DNA from: Candidatus Gaiellasilicea maunaloa
GTDB lineage: Bacteria; Actinomycetota; Thermoleophilia; Gaiellales; Gaiellaceae
Direction of reading: 5' to 3'
Assembly (NCBI GenBank): GCA_024330215.1
Contig: JANDLU010000008.1
Coordinates: 1,022 to 65,021, forward strand
DNA length: 64,000 bases
The notes under the pieces are model-generated. The model worked only from the letters and a program-made list of their open reading frames with translations, made no database searches and was not told the DNA's origin. Each line of letters begins with the position of its first letter. Position 1 is the stretch's first letter. This document shows, piece by piece, positions 39,217-48,844 of this stretch. Both the position numbers and the translations under genes were made by a program.

Positions 39217-39846
39217 ATGGCCTTCGACTGGAACGGCACGTTGGCCGACGACAGCGACCGGGCGTGGGGCGCCACATGCTCCGTGCTCGAGAAGCGCGGC
39301 GTCGTCGGCCCGTCGGCCGTCGAGCATCTCGCCGACTTTTGCCTGCCCCTCGCGAGCCACTTCGCGCACTACGGTGTCCAGGAGATTCCGGAGGCGATCG
39401 CGGAGTGGAACGCGGCGATGACCCTGACGTCCGCGAAGTCGATGCCCGGCGCCAAGGAGATGCTCGAGCGCTTCTCGGCTGCGGGCGTCGTAGTCGCCGT
39501 CGTCAGTGCCGCATCAGCCGACGTGGTCCAGCGAGACCTCGCGCAGATGGGGCTCGAGGAGTACGTGGGGCTGACGTTCGCCGAGGCCGATCCGAAGCGT
39601 ACCGTCCTGGAGGGGCTCCGGCAGGCACACGGGGGGCGTGTCGCGTTTGTGGGCGACACGGAGTACGACATGCAGGAAGCACGGGCGGCCGGGGCGATCG
39701 CAATCGGCTTTGCGGGCGGTTACCGGCCCGCGGCAGCGCTTGCCGCGGCGGGAGCGGAGTTCGTCGTCAATCGACTCGAAGACCTTTGGCACTTGACGGA
39801 CAGGACGGCAGCGCCGCTCCTCACCAGCGGAAGGAGGGATCCCTGA
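39217..39846 (+). CDS. HAD-superfamily hydrolase with motif I DWNGT
   Basis: 'MAFDWNGTLADD' (motif I, Asp+2 replaced by Asn), 'VVSAAS' (motif II-like), 'VGDTEYDMQEARAAG' (motif IV). Confidence 0.7.
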   Translation: MAFDWNGTLADDSDRAWGATCSVLEKRGVVGPSAVEHLADFCLPLASHFAHYGVQEIPEAIAEWNAAMTLTSAKSMPGAKEMLERFSAAGVVVAVVSAASADVVQRDLAQMGLEEYVGLTFAEADPKRTVLEGLRQAHGGRVAFVGDTEYDMQEARAAGAIAIGFAGGYRPAAALAAAGAEFVVNRLEDLWHLTDRTAAPLLTSGRRDP

Positions 39847-39907
39847 GCCGGCATCGACGCTTTTCACCTGACCTGCAGCACTCTCTGGGAGAGGAAAAGG
39901 GGACAGT

Positions 39908-41110
39908 ATGAGCGCACCACGCAATTCGATTCGAGGTCACTCGCTTTCACCGCTCAGGCATCGGTGGTGGAGCTACCTGGCGGTCCTGGCGAGCGCGAGC
40001 GTCGCGTTCGCCGCACTCGTGGGCGTCAGCGCCGCGGCTCCCGCGGAGTCCACCGGATCGACTCGCGCCGCCGCGACGTCGATCACGTTCGTCGACGTCG
40101 CCGGCGGCGCGAACTTCCAGCAGTTCTTCCGGCAGATCATCCCCCAGGCCGAACGTGAGCTGGGGATCAACATCTCGTACGTGCCGAGCGCGGCTGCCGA
40201 GCTCATACAGCGACTCAAGGGCGGTCAGGCGAACCAGGACGTCGTGCTCTTGAAGCCCGACGCACTGATCTCGCTGCTCAACGCGAACGTCGGGCTGGTT
40301 CATCTGCAGTCGCGGCGACCGAAGATCCCGAACCTCGGCATGGTCGCGCGAAGCGATCTGACGACGGTGCTCGGGCTTCCGATCTACGGCCAGGGCGTAC
40401 CGTTCTGGCGCGACCAGTTCGGGATCATCTACGACAGCGCCAAGATCAGGAACCCGCCCAAGACGTGGGCGGACTTCCACAATCGGCGTGCAGCGTGGGC
40501 AGGGCATATCGGGATCATCCGCCCGGACGCCGCCTCCGGCGGTGGCCGGATCATGATGCGCGACTACCTGCTCGGCAACGGCGTCGACGAGCGGGGCTCA
40601 TTCGCCGAGCTCCAGAAGACGGCGCGCTGGCAGCAGGGGCTGCAGAAGTTCAAGACGTTCTCCGACGCGTTCTACAAGCCCGCCGCCGGATCGCCTCCCG
40701 AGTTGTTCCAGCAGTTCGCATCGGGCAACGTGTGGATCACCGAGTACGCGATCGATTTCACGCTGTGGTCGCGGGATCAAGGTCTGCTTCCGAAGTCGGT
40801 GAAGGCGGCGTTCTTCCCGAGCGCGACGTACGGAGGGGCAGCCTATCTGTCCGTCCCACGCAACATCTCGGGAGAGCAGAAGCTGGCGGCGTACAAGTTC
40901 GTCAACTGGATGCTGTCGCTGAAGACGCAGCGCAACATGCTGACGGTGATGCACCAGTATCCCGGCATCACGGCCTGGAAGAAGATGCCGAAGACCGCCT
41001 TCCGCGACATTCCGACCTGGGCGGCAGTGCAGAAGTTCAGGACACCCCTACAGAACGCGGATGCGTTCAACTGGCTCAAGCAGAACGGCATGCAGTACAT
41101 CGGCAACTAG
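39908..41110 (+). CDS. ABC transporter periplasmic/extracellular solute-binding protein (PotD/AfuA/PhnS-like family)
   Basis: N-terminal signal/TM segment 'WWSYLAVLASASVAFAALVGVSAAAP'. ~400 aa. Followed by two permeases and an ATPase. Confidence 0.75.
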   Translation: MSAPRNSIRGHSLSPLRHRWWSYLAVLASASVAFAALVGVSAAAPAESTGSTRAAATSITFVDVAGGANFQQFFRQIIPQAERELGINISYVPSAAAELIQRLKGGQANQDVVLLKPDALISLLNANVGLVHLQSRRPKIPNLGMVARSDLTTVLGLPIYGQGVPFWRDQFGIIYDSAKIRNPPKTWADFHNRRAAWAGHIGIIRPDAASGGGRIMMRDYLLGNGVDERGSFAELQKTARWQQGLQKFKTFSDAFYKPAAGSPPELFQQFASGNVWITEYAIDFTLWSRDQGLLPKSVKAAFFPSATYGGAAYLSVPRNISGEQKLAAYKFVNWMLSLKTQRNMLTVMHQYPGITAWKKMPKTAFRDIPTWAAVQKFRTPLQNADAFNWLKQNGMQYIGN

Positions 41111-41114
41111 AGCG

Positions 41115-42029
41115 ATGACGAGTAAGCAGCACGCGATGGGAAGGACCCCGCCGACTGGCGGGGTGATCGGCTCCATCGCCGATGTGCTCGGCCGCGTGCG
41201 TCACGCGCGGCCGAGCACGCTGCTGTTTCTCGCACCCGGAGTCGTGTACCTCTGCATCTTCTTCGTCTACCCGATGTTCTTGACGATCCAGACGAGCTTC
41301 GCCAGGAACAATGCGGTCGGATACACGCTCGACAACTACCGCGACATCCTGGGATCCTCCTATTACTGGGATGTGATCGGGCTGACGCTCGTGCTCGCCG
41401 CTGCGACCACGATCGTCTCGATCGGGGTCGCAGTGCCCCTGGCGCTCGTGCTCAGGAAGCGGATGCGTGGCCACGCTCTGGTCCGGGTGCTTGTGCTCGC
41501 GCCGCTGCTGATCCTCGCGCTCGTCAGCGCGCTTGGCCTGCTGATCATCTGGTCGAACACGGGCTGGATGAGCAAGCTAATCGAGGTCGCGACCGGCGCA
41601 AGCGTGAACGTGGACTACACCGTCCACGGCTTGATCATCTTCTATGTCTGGCTGTACGCCCCGTACACGATCCTGACGACACTTGCGGCGATCGAGGGCA
41701 TTGACCCGGCGGTTGAGGAGGCGGCCCGGGTCGCCGGTGCCCGGCCGCGCCAGGTGCTGCGGCGGATCACGTTGCCGTTGGCGCTCGCGGGCATCCGCGC
41801 CGGTTCGATCTTGACGTTCCTGCTCGCCTTCGAGGCATTCAGCATCCCACTGATCGCGGGCGGAAATCACCGGCCGCTGGCCGTCGTGGTCTACACCGAG
41901 GCCGCGGTCTTCGAGAACTTCCCTAAGGGGAGCGCGCTCGCGGTGATCATGGCGCTGATCGCGGTGATCGTGCTCGTCGTCTATCAGGCGACGTTCTCAG
42001 GCCGCTGGCGCTCGGGGCGGCGGGCATGA
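41115..42029 (+). CDS. ABC transporter permease
   Basis: Multi-TM protein with EAA loop 'IEGIDPAVEEAARVAGARPRQVLRRITLPL'. Confidence 0.8.
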   Translation: MTSKQHAMGRTPPTGGVIGSIADVLGRVRHARPSTLLFLAPGVVYLCIFFVYPMFLTIQTSFARNNAVGYTLDNYRDILGSSYYWDVIGLTLVLAAATTIVSIGVAVPLALVLRKRMRGHALVRVLVLAPLLILALVSALGLLIIWSNTGWMSKLIEVATGASVNVDYTVHGLIIFYVWLYAPYTILTTLAAIEGIDPAVEEAARVAGARPRQVLRRITLPLALAGIRAGSILTFLLAFEAFSIPLIAGGNHRPLAVVVYTEAAVFENFPKGSALAVIMALIAVIVLVVYQATFSGRWRSGRRA

Positions 42030-42895
42030 GCGCAGTCCCCGAGGCCGCGCCGGGCACCGTGCGCGCACGCAGAGTGGCCGCACGCGCCGGGCGCTCGGCG
42101 CGCCGGCTCCTCGCATACACGGTCCTGCTCTCGTTCAGCCTCTACATTCTCGGCCCCTTCGCGGCAATCATGGTCACCGCCGTCGGCCAAGAATGGTTCG
42201 GCGGCCGGTGGTTCCCCGGGACGTGGACGTTCAAGTGGTTCACGTTCGCCCGCTCGCTCGCCGACCTGCCGGCGTTGCTGACAAACAGCCTCGTGATCGC
42301 CGGCCTCAGCATCGTCATCAGCCTAGCGGTGGGCCTCCCGACGGCCTGGGCGCTGGCGAAGCGGCAAATCAGAGCGCGTGGGCTGCTGATCGCCTTGATC
42401 CTCTTGCCGCGAATGGTCCCGCCGATCACGATCGGCCTCGGCGTCAGCCGCGAGTTCTATAACTTCGGCCTGGTCGACACGCACATCGGGGTCGCATTCG
42501 CGCACTCGATTCTGATCATCCCGCTCGTCGTCCTGATCATGTCCGCCACCTTCGAGGGTCTCGACGACCGCGTCCTCGAAGCCGCCAGGGTCTGCGGGGC
42601 GAACTCGTTCTACACGCTATGGAACGTCGTGCGCCCGCTCGTAATGCCCGGCCTGCTCGCGTCGGCGCTGTTTGGGCTGATCACGTCGCTGAACGAGTTC
42701 ACGCTCACCCTGCTGACCTACGGCCCGAGGACGATCACGTTGACCGTTCAGACGTACATCGCGATCAGCCAGGGCTTTAAGGAGGTGGCGAGCGCGCTGT
42801 CCGTGATCCTGATTATTCCCTCGCTGATCCTCTTGATCCTGATTCAGAAGCAAATCAAGCCGGAGAACATGGTCGGCGGAGCGAAGGGACTATGA
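42026..42895 (+). CDS. ABC transporter permease
   Basis: Multi-TM protein with EAA-like loop 'FEGLDDRVLEAARVCGANSFYTLWNVVRPL'. 4-nt overlaps with both neighbours. Confidence 0.8.
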   Translation: MSAVPEAAPGTVRARRVAARAGRSARRLLAYTVLLSFSLYILGPFAAIMVTAVGQEWFGGRWFPGTWTFKWFTFARSLADLPALLTNSLVIAGLSIVISLAVGLPTAWALAKRQIRARGLLIALILLPRMVPPITIGLGVSREFYNFGLVDTHIGVAFAHSILIIPLVVLIMSATFEGLDDRVLEAARVCGANSFYTLWNVVRPLVMPGLLASALFGLITSLNEFTLTLLTYGPRTITLTVQTYIAISQGFKEVASALSVILIIPSLILLILIQKQIKPENMVGGAKGL

Positions 42896-44055
42896 CGATG
42901 CTTGAGACACGATCACAGGCGCTCGTGGACAGCGCCGGACAGCAGGCTGCGGAGGAGAGCCAGGAGAGCATGGTCCAGCTCCGTTCGGTGACGAAGTACT
43001 TCGCAAACGTTGCCGCCGTGGACGGCATCGACCTCGACGTCGCCGAGGGCGAGGTTCTGACGCTGCTCGGTCCCAGCGGGTGCGGCAAGTCGACCACGTT
43101 ACGGTGCATCACGGGCAGCCTCGAGATAGATGCGGGGACGATTCAGATCGGCGGGAAGGACGTCACACGCGTTCCGACGCACGGGAGGCACATCGGCCTC
43201 GTCTTCCAGAATTTCGCCCTCTTCCCCCACATGACCGTGACCGAGAACGTCGCGTTCCCGCTGAAGGTGCGACGCGTCGCGAAGCACGAGATTCGCTCGC
43301 GCGTCGCCCAGGCGCTCGAGCTCGTGCAACTCGGGCAGCTGGGAAAGCGGCTCCCCCGCGAGCTCTCGGGGGGTCAGCAGCAGCGCGTCGGACTCGCGCG
43401 GGCGATCGTGTACCGGCCTCGGGTCGTCCTGTTCGACGAGCCGCTCTCGAATCTCGATGCGATGCTGCGTCGCGAGATGCGCTATGAGATCCGGCGGCTC
43501 TGCGACGAACTCGGCTTCACCGCCATCTACGTCACCCATGACCAGGAGGAAGCGCTTGCGCTCTCCGACCGGATCGCGGTGATGAAAGACGGCATCATCC
43601 ATCAGATCGGCGCGCCTGACGAGATCTACGCAAGTCCGCGGACCCTGTTCGTCGCGCAGTTCCTGGGCAACCCGAATCGCAACGCAGGCACGTTGACGGA
43701 GCTGCGCGCGGACGAAGCCACGGTCCGCATCGGCACCACCACGGTCGAGACGCCGCTGCCGCTGGACGAGATCGCGCTCGGAAGCGACGTCGTGCTCGTC
43801 GTCCGCCCCGAGGTAGTGCGGATCGCTAACTCAGCCGAGCAGACGCGGGTGAACATGTGGGAGGCACGGATCTCGGCGATGTCGTTCCTCGGCGAGCGGC
43901 GCGAGTACGTGCTCACGATCGACGAAGGGTTCGAGCTGCGGGCATATCTGCCGCCCGACGTCGGGCACGCCCTGGGTGACGTCGTCCGCGTCGAGGTGCC
44001 CATCGCCGAGTGCAGGGTCTATCCCGGTGCCTCGGCAAGCGTCGAGGACTCGTGA
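42892..44055 (+). CDS. ABC transporter ATP-binding protein (PotA/FbpC-like with a C-terminal TOBE-like domain)
   Basis: Walker A 'GPSGCGKST', signature 'LSGGQQQRV', Walker B 'VVLFDEPLS'. Confidence 0.85.
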   Translation: MTMLETRSQALVDSAGQQAAEESQESMVQLRSVTKYFANVAAVDGIDLDVAEGEVLTLLGPSGCGKSTTLRCITGSLEIDAGTIQIGGKDVTRVPTHGRHIGLVFQNFALFPHMTVTENVAFPLKVRRVAKHEIRSRVAQALELVQLGQLGKRLPRELSGGQQQRVGLARAIVYRPRVVLFDEPLSNLDAMLRREMRYEIRRLCDELGFTAIYVTHDQEEALALSDRIAVMKDGIIHQIGAPDEIYASPRTLFVAQFLGNPNRNAGTLTELRADEATVRIGTTTVETPLPLDEIALGSDVVLVVRPEVVRIANSAEQTRVNMWEARISAMSFLGERREYVLTIDEGFELRAYLPPDVGHALGDVVRVEVPIAECRVYPGASASVEDS

Positions 44056-44099
44056 GCGCCGGCGCCGCGAGCGGCAGTCCGCTGTAGCTCGCTGACGTC

Positions 44100-44909
44100 G
44101 TGGCGCTGAGCCTTCGCTTCCTCGGCACGGGTGCGGCCGAGCCCGTCCCGACGCCCGGTTGCGCATGCGCCAACTGCGCACACGCGCTCGAAGACCCAAG
44201 CGCCCGGCGGGCGCAGTCGGGGATGGTGCTCTTCGACGAGGACGGTCAGTACGTCGTCGACTGCGGTCCGGCTGCGGTCTCCGGCGGCCACTGGGTCGAC
44301 GTGACGCCGATCAAAGGCGTCTTCATCTCCCACCTCCATCCAGACCACGGGTTGGGCCTCTATTCGATTCGCTGGGCGGTGCAGCGCCCGATCCCGACGT
44401 TCCTGCCGCCCGACACGACCGAGCTGGACGACGAAGGGATCGGGCACGAGAGCGTTCGCATCGTCAACTGGCTGAGTCTCCGACCGAACCGGCTCGACTT
44501 CTTCGCGGCGGTCGAGGTCGACGGCCTCTCGGCGACGGCGCTGGAGCTCTGCCACGGCATCACGCCGACGCAGGGATACCTCTTCGAGCGCGGTGGCGTC
44601 TCGATCGCCTATCTGATCGACAGCAAGGGCCTGCCGCAACAGACCGCCGAGCTGCTCGACGCGGTCGACGTGCTCAACTGTGCGGTCGTCGACGCCACCT
44701 ACCGACCCGGGCGCGAGGATCCGAGGCACAACAACGTCGACGAGGCGATCGACCTCGGCGTGCAACTGGCGGCGCGCGTCGTCGTCCTGACGCACGTCGG
44801 TCACCACAACCTCTCGAAGCCCGAGCTCGAGGCGCACGTCGAGGAGCGAACGAGGGGCTTCGATCAGGAGTTCATCTGCGCCTACGACGGGCTAACGCTC
44901 ACGTTCTGA
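44100..44909 (+). CDS. MBL-fold metallo-hydrolase, PhnP/PqqB-like
   Basis: N-terminal Cys cluster 'PGCACANC' and the MBL motif 'HLHPDHGLG'. Confidence 0.7.
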   Translation: MALSLRFLGTGAAEPVPTPGCACANCAHALEDPSARRAQSGMVLFDEDGQYVVDCGPAAVSGGHWVDVTPIKGVFISHLHPDHGLGLYSIRWAVQRPIPTFLPPDTTELDDEGIGHESVRIVNWLSLRPNRLDFFAAVEVDGLSATALELCHGITPTQGYLFERGGVSIAYLIDSKGLPQQTAELLDAVDVLNCAVVDATYRPGREDPRHNNVDEAIDLGVQLAARVVVLTHVGHHNLSKPELEAHVEERTRGFDQEFICAYDGLTLTF

Positions 44910-45611
44910 GCTAGCCGGTGTCGCGTCGAGATCGCGGAGACCCGGAAGGCGGACCACCGCGGCCATGATCTGCGCCCCGCCGGCGAGCGGCAGCTCGAGC
45001 TCGACCTCGATGCGCCGGTCCCCCGGCGCCTCGTCGCCACGGCCGGCCACCGCAAGACGGTCGATCGACGCCCCTAGCTCGATCACAATCAGGGCGAGCT
45101 CCCCGACGTCGAAGGTGCCGTCGACGTCGAGCGCGAACGCCGTGTGGTCGGAGCGCATCCGCGCCAGATAGCGCGGCTTCACGCGTCGGAGCGCGACTAG
45201 GGAAAGCAAAGTGATCACCGTGGTGAAGCCCGCCAGCCCGTAGTGGCCGAAGGCCGCCGCCATGCCAATCGCGGCCACGACCCAGAGGCTCGCCGCCGTC
45301 GTCAGCCCGCGGACCGTCACGCCCTCTCGAATGATCGCGCCGGCGCCCAGGAACCCAATGCCGGAGACGATCTGCGCCGCGATCCGCGTCGGGTCGCCGT
45401 ACCTCTGCCCCGGCGGGCCCTCGAGAAAGAGCTCGAGCCCGTATGCGGACATGAGGGCGAACAGGCAGGACCCCAGCCCGACGAGAATGTGCGTGCGGAA
45501 GCCGGCGCCCTTGTCCGACAGCTCGCGCTCGATCCCGACTAGGCCGGCGAAGAGGCCGGCAACCGAAAGCCGGAAGATCAGGTCGAGCTCAGAGGGCATG
45601 AGGCTGCGCAA
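44892..45611 (-). CDS. mgtC: MgtC/SapB-family membrane protein
   Basis: 'LFAGLVGIERELSDKGAGFRTHILVGLGSCLFALMS' is the typical MgtC N-terminal domain. Confidence 0.8.
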   Translation of the reverse strand: MRSLMPSELDLIFRLSVAGLFAGLVGIERELSDKGAGFRTHILVGLGSCLFALMSAYGLELFLEGPPGQRYGDPTRIAAQIVSGIGFLGAGAIIREGVTVRGLTTAASLWVVAAIGMAAAFGHYGLAGFTTVITLLSLVALRRVKPRYLARMRSDHTAFALDVDGTFDVGELALIVIELGASIDRLAVAGRGDEAPGDRRIEVELELPLAGGAQIMAAVVRLPGLRDLDATPASSERER

Positions 45612-45647
45612 ACGATTGCATAACGCTACGCTACGATCCTACGACCG

Positions 45648-46682
45648 ATGGCAGCGGACCGTCAATCAGCGCTCCCCACGCTTGCCGATGTCGCGGTGGA
45701 GGCGCGCGTCTCCGCTTCGACTGCGTCGCGAGCCCTGCAGGGGAGCCCGCGCATCAGTGCCGTGACCACCAGCCGGGTGCGGGTGGCCGCGCGGCGGCTC
45801 GGCTATCAACCGAACCGGATCGCCAGGTCCCTGCGAACGCGGTCGGCCGACCTCGTGGGGATCGTCGTCCCGGACATCGGAATCGGCTTCTACAGCCGCG
45901 TGATCAAGGGCGCCCAGGACGTGCTGGAAAAGACTGGCTACCACGTCCTCGTCGCCAGCACCGAGCGCACGGAGGCGCGGGAGCACGCAACGCTGCGCAC
46001 CCTCTCCGAGCACCGCGTCAACGGCATCCTCCTCGCCACGACGGGAAGGTTCGACTTCGACCTCCGAGTCCCCGTCGTCTTCTTCGACAACCTGGTTCCG
46101 CACGCCGGCGTCGCCAACGTGGCGCGCGCGAACAAGGAGGGAATGGAGCTGCTCGTCGCCCACCTCGTCTCGCACGGCCATTCCAAGATCGGCTACATCG
46201 GCGGCCCGGCGACCTCGACCTCCGGCCGGGAGCGGCTTCAGGGCTTCGCGGAGTCGCTCGGGGCGCGCAGGCTTGAAACCCCCGAGGAGTACGTCCAGCT
46301 CGCCGACGCTGCCTGGTCGCCGGCGGGCGGCGGTTCGGCGATGACGCAGCTGCTCGGCCTGCGGGCTCCGCCGACCGCGATCGTCACGTCGAGCGACACG
46401 CTCGCGCTCGGCGCGATGAGAGCCGCACGCCAAGCGGGACTGCGGCTGCCGAACGACCTCGCGCTCGTGTCGTTCGACGATCCCGCGTTCGGCGAGCTGC
46501 TCGATCCGCCGATCACGGCACTCGCCTGCAACGACTGGCACATGGGCGAGCTGGCGGCCTCGCTGCTGCTCCACGCGCTCGACAACCACGCGGTCCGGCA
46601 GCCGACCGAGGTCCGGACGCCGGTCGAACTGATCGTCCGGTCGTCCTGCGGGTGCAGCGAGGTGCTTCCGGCGCCGCCTTGA
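45648..46682 (+). CDS. LacI-family transcriptional regulator (probable iol cluster repressor)
   Basis: 'PTLADVAVEARVSASTASRALQG...YQPNRIARSLRT' HTH_LacI followed by a periplasmic-binding-fold domain. Confidence 0.85.
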   Translation: MAADRQSALPTLADVAVEARVSASTASRALQGSPRISAVTTSRVRVAARRLGYQPNRIARSLRTRSADLVGIVVPDIGIGFYSRVIKGAQDVLEKTGYHVLVASTERTEAREHATLRTLSEHRVNGILLATTGRFDFDLRVPVVFFDNLVPHAGVANVARANKEGMELLVAHLVSHGHSKIGYIGGPATSTSGRERLQGFAESLGARRLETPEEYVQLADAAWSPAGGGSAMTQLLGLRAPPTAIVTSSDTLALGAMRAARQAGLRLPNDLALVSFDDPAFGELLDPPITALACNDWHMGELAASLLLHALDNHAVRQPTEVRTPVELIVRSSCGCSEVLPAPP

Positions 46683-46718
46683 CTTTTCGGCCTGCAAGGT
46701 GCAATCGTTTGCGCACAC

Positions 46719-47771
46719 ATGGGCTCCTCCGAAAGAGTTCGCCCTATCCGCCTCGGCGTCGCAGGCCTCGGGCGCATCGGACAGATGCACGCCGCGAACG
46801 CCTCCGGGCGTACTGGCGCCGTCGAGCTTGTCGGCGTCGCGGACGCGGTCGAGGACGTTGCGCGGTCGACCGGAGAGAGGCTGGACGTCGCGTGGACGAC
46901 ATCGTTCGACGAGCTCCTCGCGATGGACGTCGAAGGTGTCCTGATCGCAACGCCGACCGGCGCTCATGCCGGGATGATCGAATGCGCCGCGGCGGCGGGG
47001 AAGCACGTGCTCTGCGAGAAACCGATCGCGCTCGACCTGGACGCCTCGGTTCGGGCGATCGAGCGCGCCCGCTCCGCGGGCGTCAAGCTGCAGGTCGGCT
47101 TCCACCGCCGCTTCGATCCCGATTGGGCAGCGGTCGCCGCGAAGATCGCCGCCGGCGAGCTCGGCGACGTCTACCTCTTCCGGACATCGCTGCGGGACAA
47201 GCGCTCGCCGGGCGCCGGCTATCTCGAGGGCTCGGGCGGGTTCTTCGTCGACGTCTCGATCCACGACCTCGACACCGCACGCTGGATGGTCGGCGAGATC
47301 GACGAGGTGACCGCAATCGGCGGCGCGCTCTCCGATCCCGCCTTCGCGGAGGCGGGCGATCTCGACAACGCCGTGGTCACGCTCCGATTCACGAGCGGCG
47401 CTCTCGGAGTGATCGACAACAGCCGCGCAGCCGGCTACGGCTACGAGTGCTCGACCGAGGTGATGGGCTCGCTCGCAACCGCGCGGATCGGCTACCACCG
47501 CCGCGTGAACGTGGAGTGGCTGACGCCCGGAAGTCAATCGGTCGACTGGGTGAACGACTTCACCGAGCGGTATCCCGACGCCTACCTGCTCGAGCTCGAG
47601 GGTTTCGCGGCTGCGATCCGGGACGACTACGAGCCCGCCGTGGGCGCCGACGATGCGCTCGCCGCGTTCGTGCTCGCGGATGCGTGCGGTCGCTCGTTCC
47701 GCGAGGGGCGGCCGATTCGCCTTGAGCATGAGAACCGCGGCCGGGAGTATGAGATCGCCACCGCTCGATGA
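46719..47771 (+). CDS. iolG: Gfo/Idh/MocA oxidoreductase, probable inositol 2-dehydrogenase
   Basis: Rossmann 'LGVAGLGRIG', 'HVLCEKP', 'VGFHRRFDPDW'. First gene of the iol cluster. Confidence 0.7.
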   Translation: MGSSERVRPIRLGVAGLGRIGQMHAANASGRTGAVELVGVADAVEDVARSTGERLDVAWTTSFDELLAMDVEGVLIATPTGAHAGMIECAAAAGKHVLCEKPIALDLDASVRAIERARSAGVKLQVGFHRRFDPDWAAVAAKIAAGELGDVYLFRTSLRDKRSPGAGYLEGSGGFFVDVSIHDLDTARWMVGEIDEVTAIGGALSDPAFAEAGDLDNAVVTLRFTSGALGVIDNSRAAGYGYECSTEVMGSLATARIGYHRRVNVEWLTPGSQSVDWVNDFTERYPDAYLLELEGFAAAIRDDYEPAVGADDALAAFVLADACGRSFREGRPIRLEHENRGREYEIATAR

Positions 47772-48844
47772 CCGACCTCGGCATCGGACTCGTCGGGCAC
47801 GGCTGGATCGCTCGCGCACACGCACACGCACTTCGCACCGTTGACCGGCTGGCGCCGCTGTCGCGGTCGGTGCGCCTCATCTCGCTGGCGGGAAGACGGC
47901 CGGACAGCGTCGAGGCGGCAGCCCGCGAGTTCGGCTTCGCGCGCTGGACGACAAATTGGCAGGACCTCCTGGACGACGAGGAGATCGACGTGATCGCGAT
48001 CGCGACCCCACCGGAGTCGCACGCCGCAATCGCGATCGCCGCGGCCGAGCACGGCAAGCACGTCCTCTGCGAGAAGCCGCTCGCGGTCGACGCAGAGGAG
48101 GCGCGAGCGATGCTCGAGACCGCCGAGACCGCCGGCATCGTCCACGCGAGCGGCTTCAACTACCGCTTCGTCCCGGCCGTCGCCCTGATTCGGAAGCTCG
48201 TCGAGACCGGTCAGCTCGGCGACCTGCGCCACTATCGCGCGCTCTACCTCCAGGATTTCGCCGCCGCGGCGGAAGCCGGGCCGCGGGAGGCCGGGGCGCT
48301 CTTCGACTACTCCCACCTCATCGACATGGTGCGACACCTCGCCGGCGAGCCGAGCTCCATCAGCGCACGCACGTCGCGATTCGTCTCTGAGAGCGAGGAC
48401 GCATACGTAGCGACGCTGGAGCTGCGAAACGGCGCAGTCGCCTCGCTGGAAGCGTCTCGGATCGCGCTGGGCTGGAAGGGTCGTCACACGATCGAGCTGA
48501 ACGGTTCGCGCGGCTCGGTATGGTGGGACATGGAGGACCTGAACCACCTGCACGTCTTCCTCGCCGACGACGAGCGCGAGGGTCTCGGGGGCTTCCGGAA
48601 CGTCCTCGTGACCCAGCCCGAGCACCCCTACCTCGAGTCGTGGTGGACACCCGGCCACACGCTCGGCTGGGACGCGTCGCTCGTCCACCAGTGGCGCACC
48701 TTCCTCGAGGCGGTCGTCGAGCAGCGCCCCGCGGACCCGACCCTGGCCAGCTTCGCCGACGGCCACGCCGCCGCCGCCATCTGCGATGCGATCCGGACCT
48801 CCTCGGCGGAGAATCGCACCCTCCGCGCGGGAACACCGGCATGA
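47768..48844 (+). CDS. Gfo/Idh/MocA-family oxidoreductase
   Basis: 'GLVGHGWIARAH', 'HVLCEKPLA', 'GFNYRFVPA'. Substrate unknown. Confidence 0.7.
   Translation: MTDLGIGLVGHGWIARAHAHALRTVDRLAPLSRSVRLISLAGRRPDSVEAAAREFGFARWTTNWQDLLDDEEIDVIAIATPPESHAAIAIAAAEHGKHVLCEKPLAVDAEEARAMLETAETAGIVHASGFNYRFVPAVALIRKLVETGQLGDLRHYRALYLQDFAAAAEAGPREAGALFDYSHLIDMVRHLAGEPSSISARTSRFVSESEDAYVATLELRNGAVASLEASRIALGWKGRHTIELNGSRGSVWWDMEDLNHLHVFLADDEREGLGGFRNVLVTQPEHPYLESWWTPGHTLGWDASLVHQWRTFLEAVVEQRPADPTLASFADGHAAAAICDAIRTSSAENRTLRAGTPA

Noticed and set aside
45666-47831. Very long antisense ORFs opposite well-supported genes. Examples are 45666-47831 (721 aa), 48628-50547 (639 aa), 24954-26951 (665 aa), 27483-28151, 50667-51701 and 16858-18168.
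   Set aside because: These are typical high-GC shadow frames: Arg/Ala/Gly/Pro-rich, with no motifs, and fully overlapping genes that have clear catalytic motifs on the other strand.
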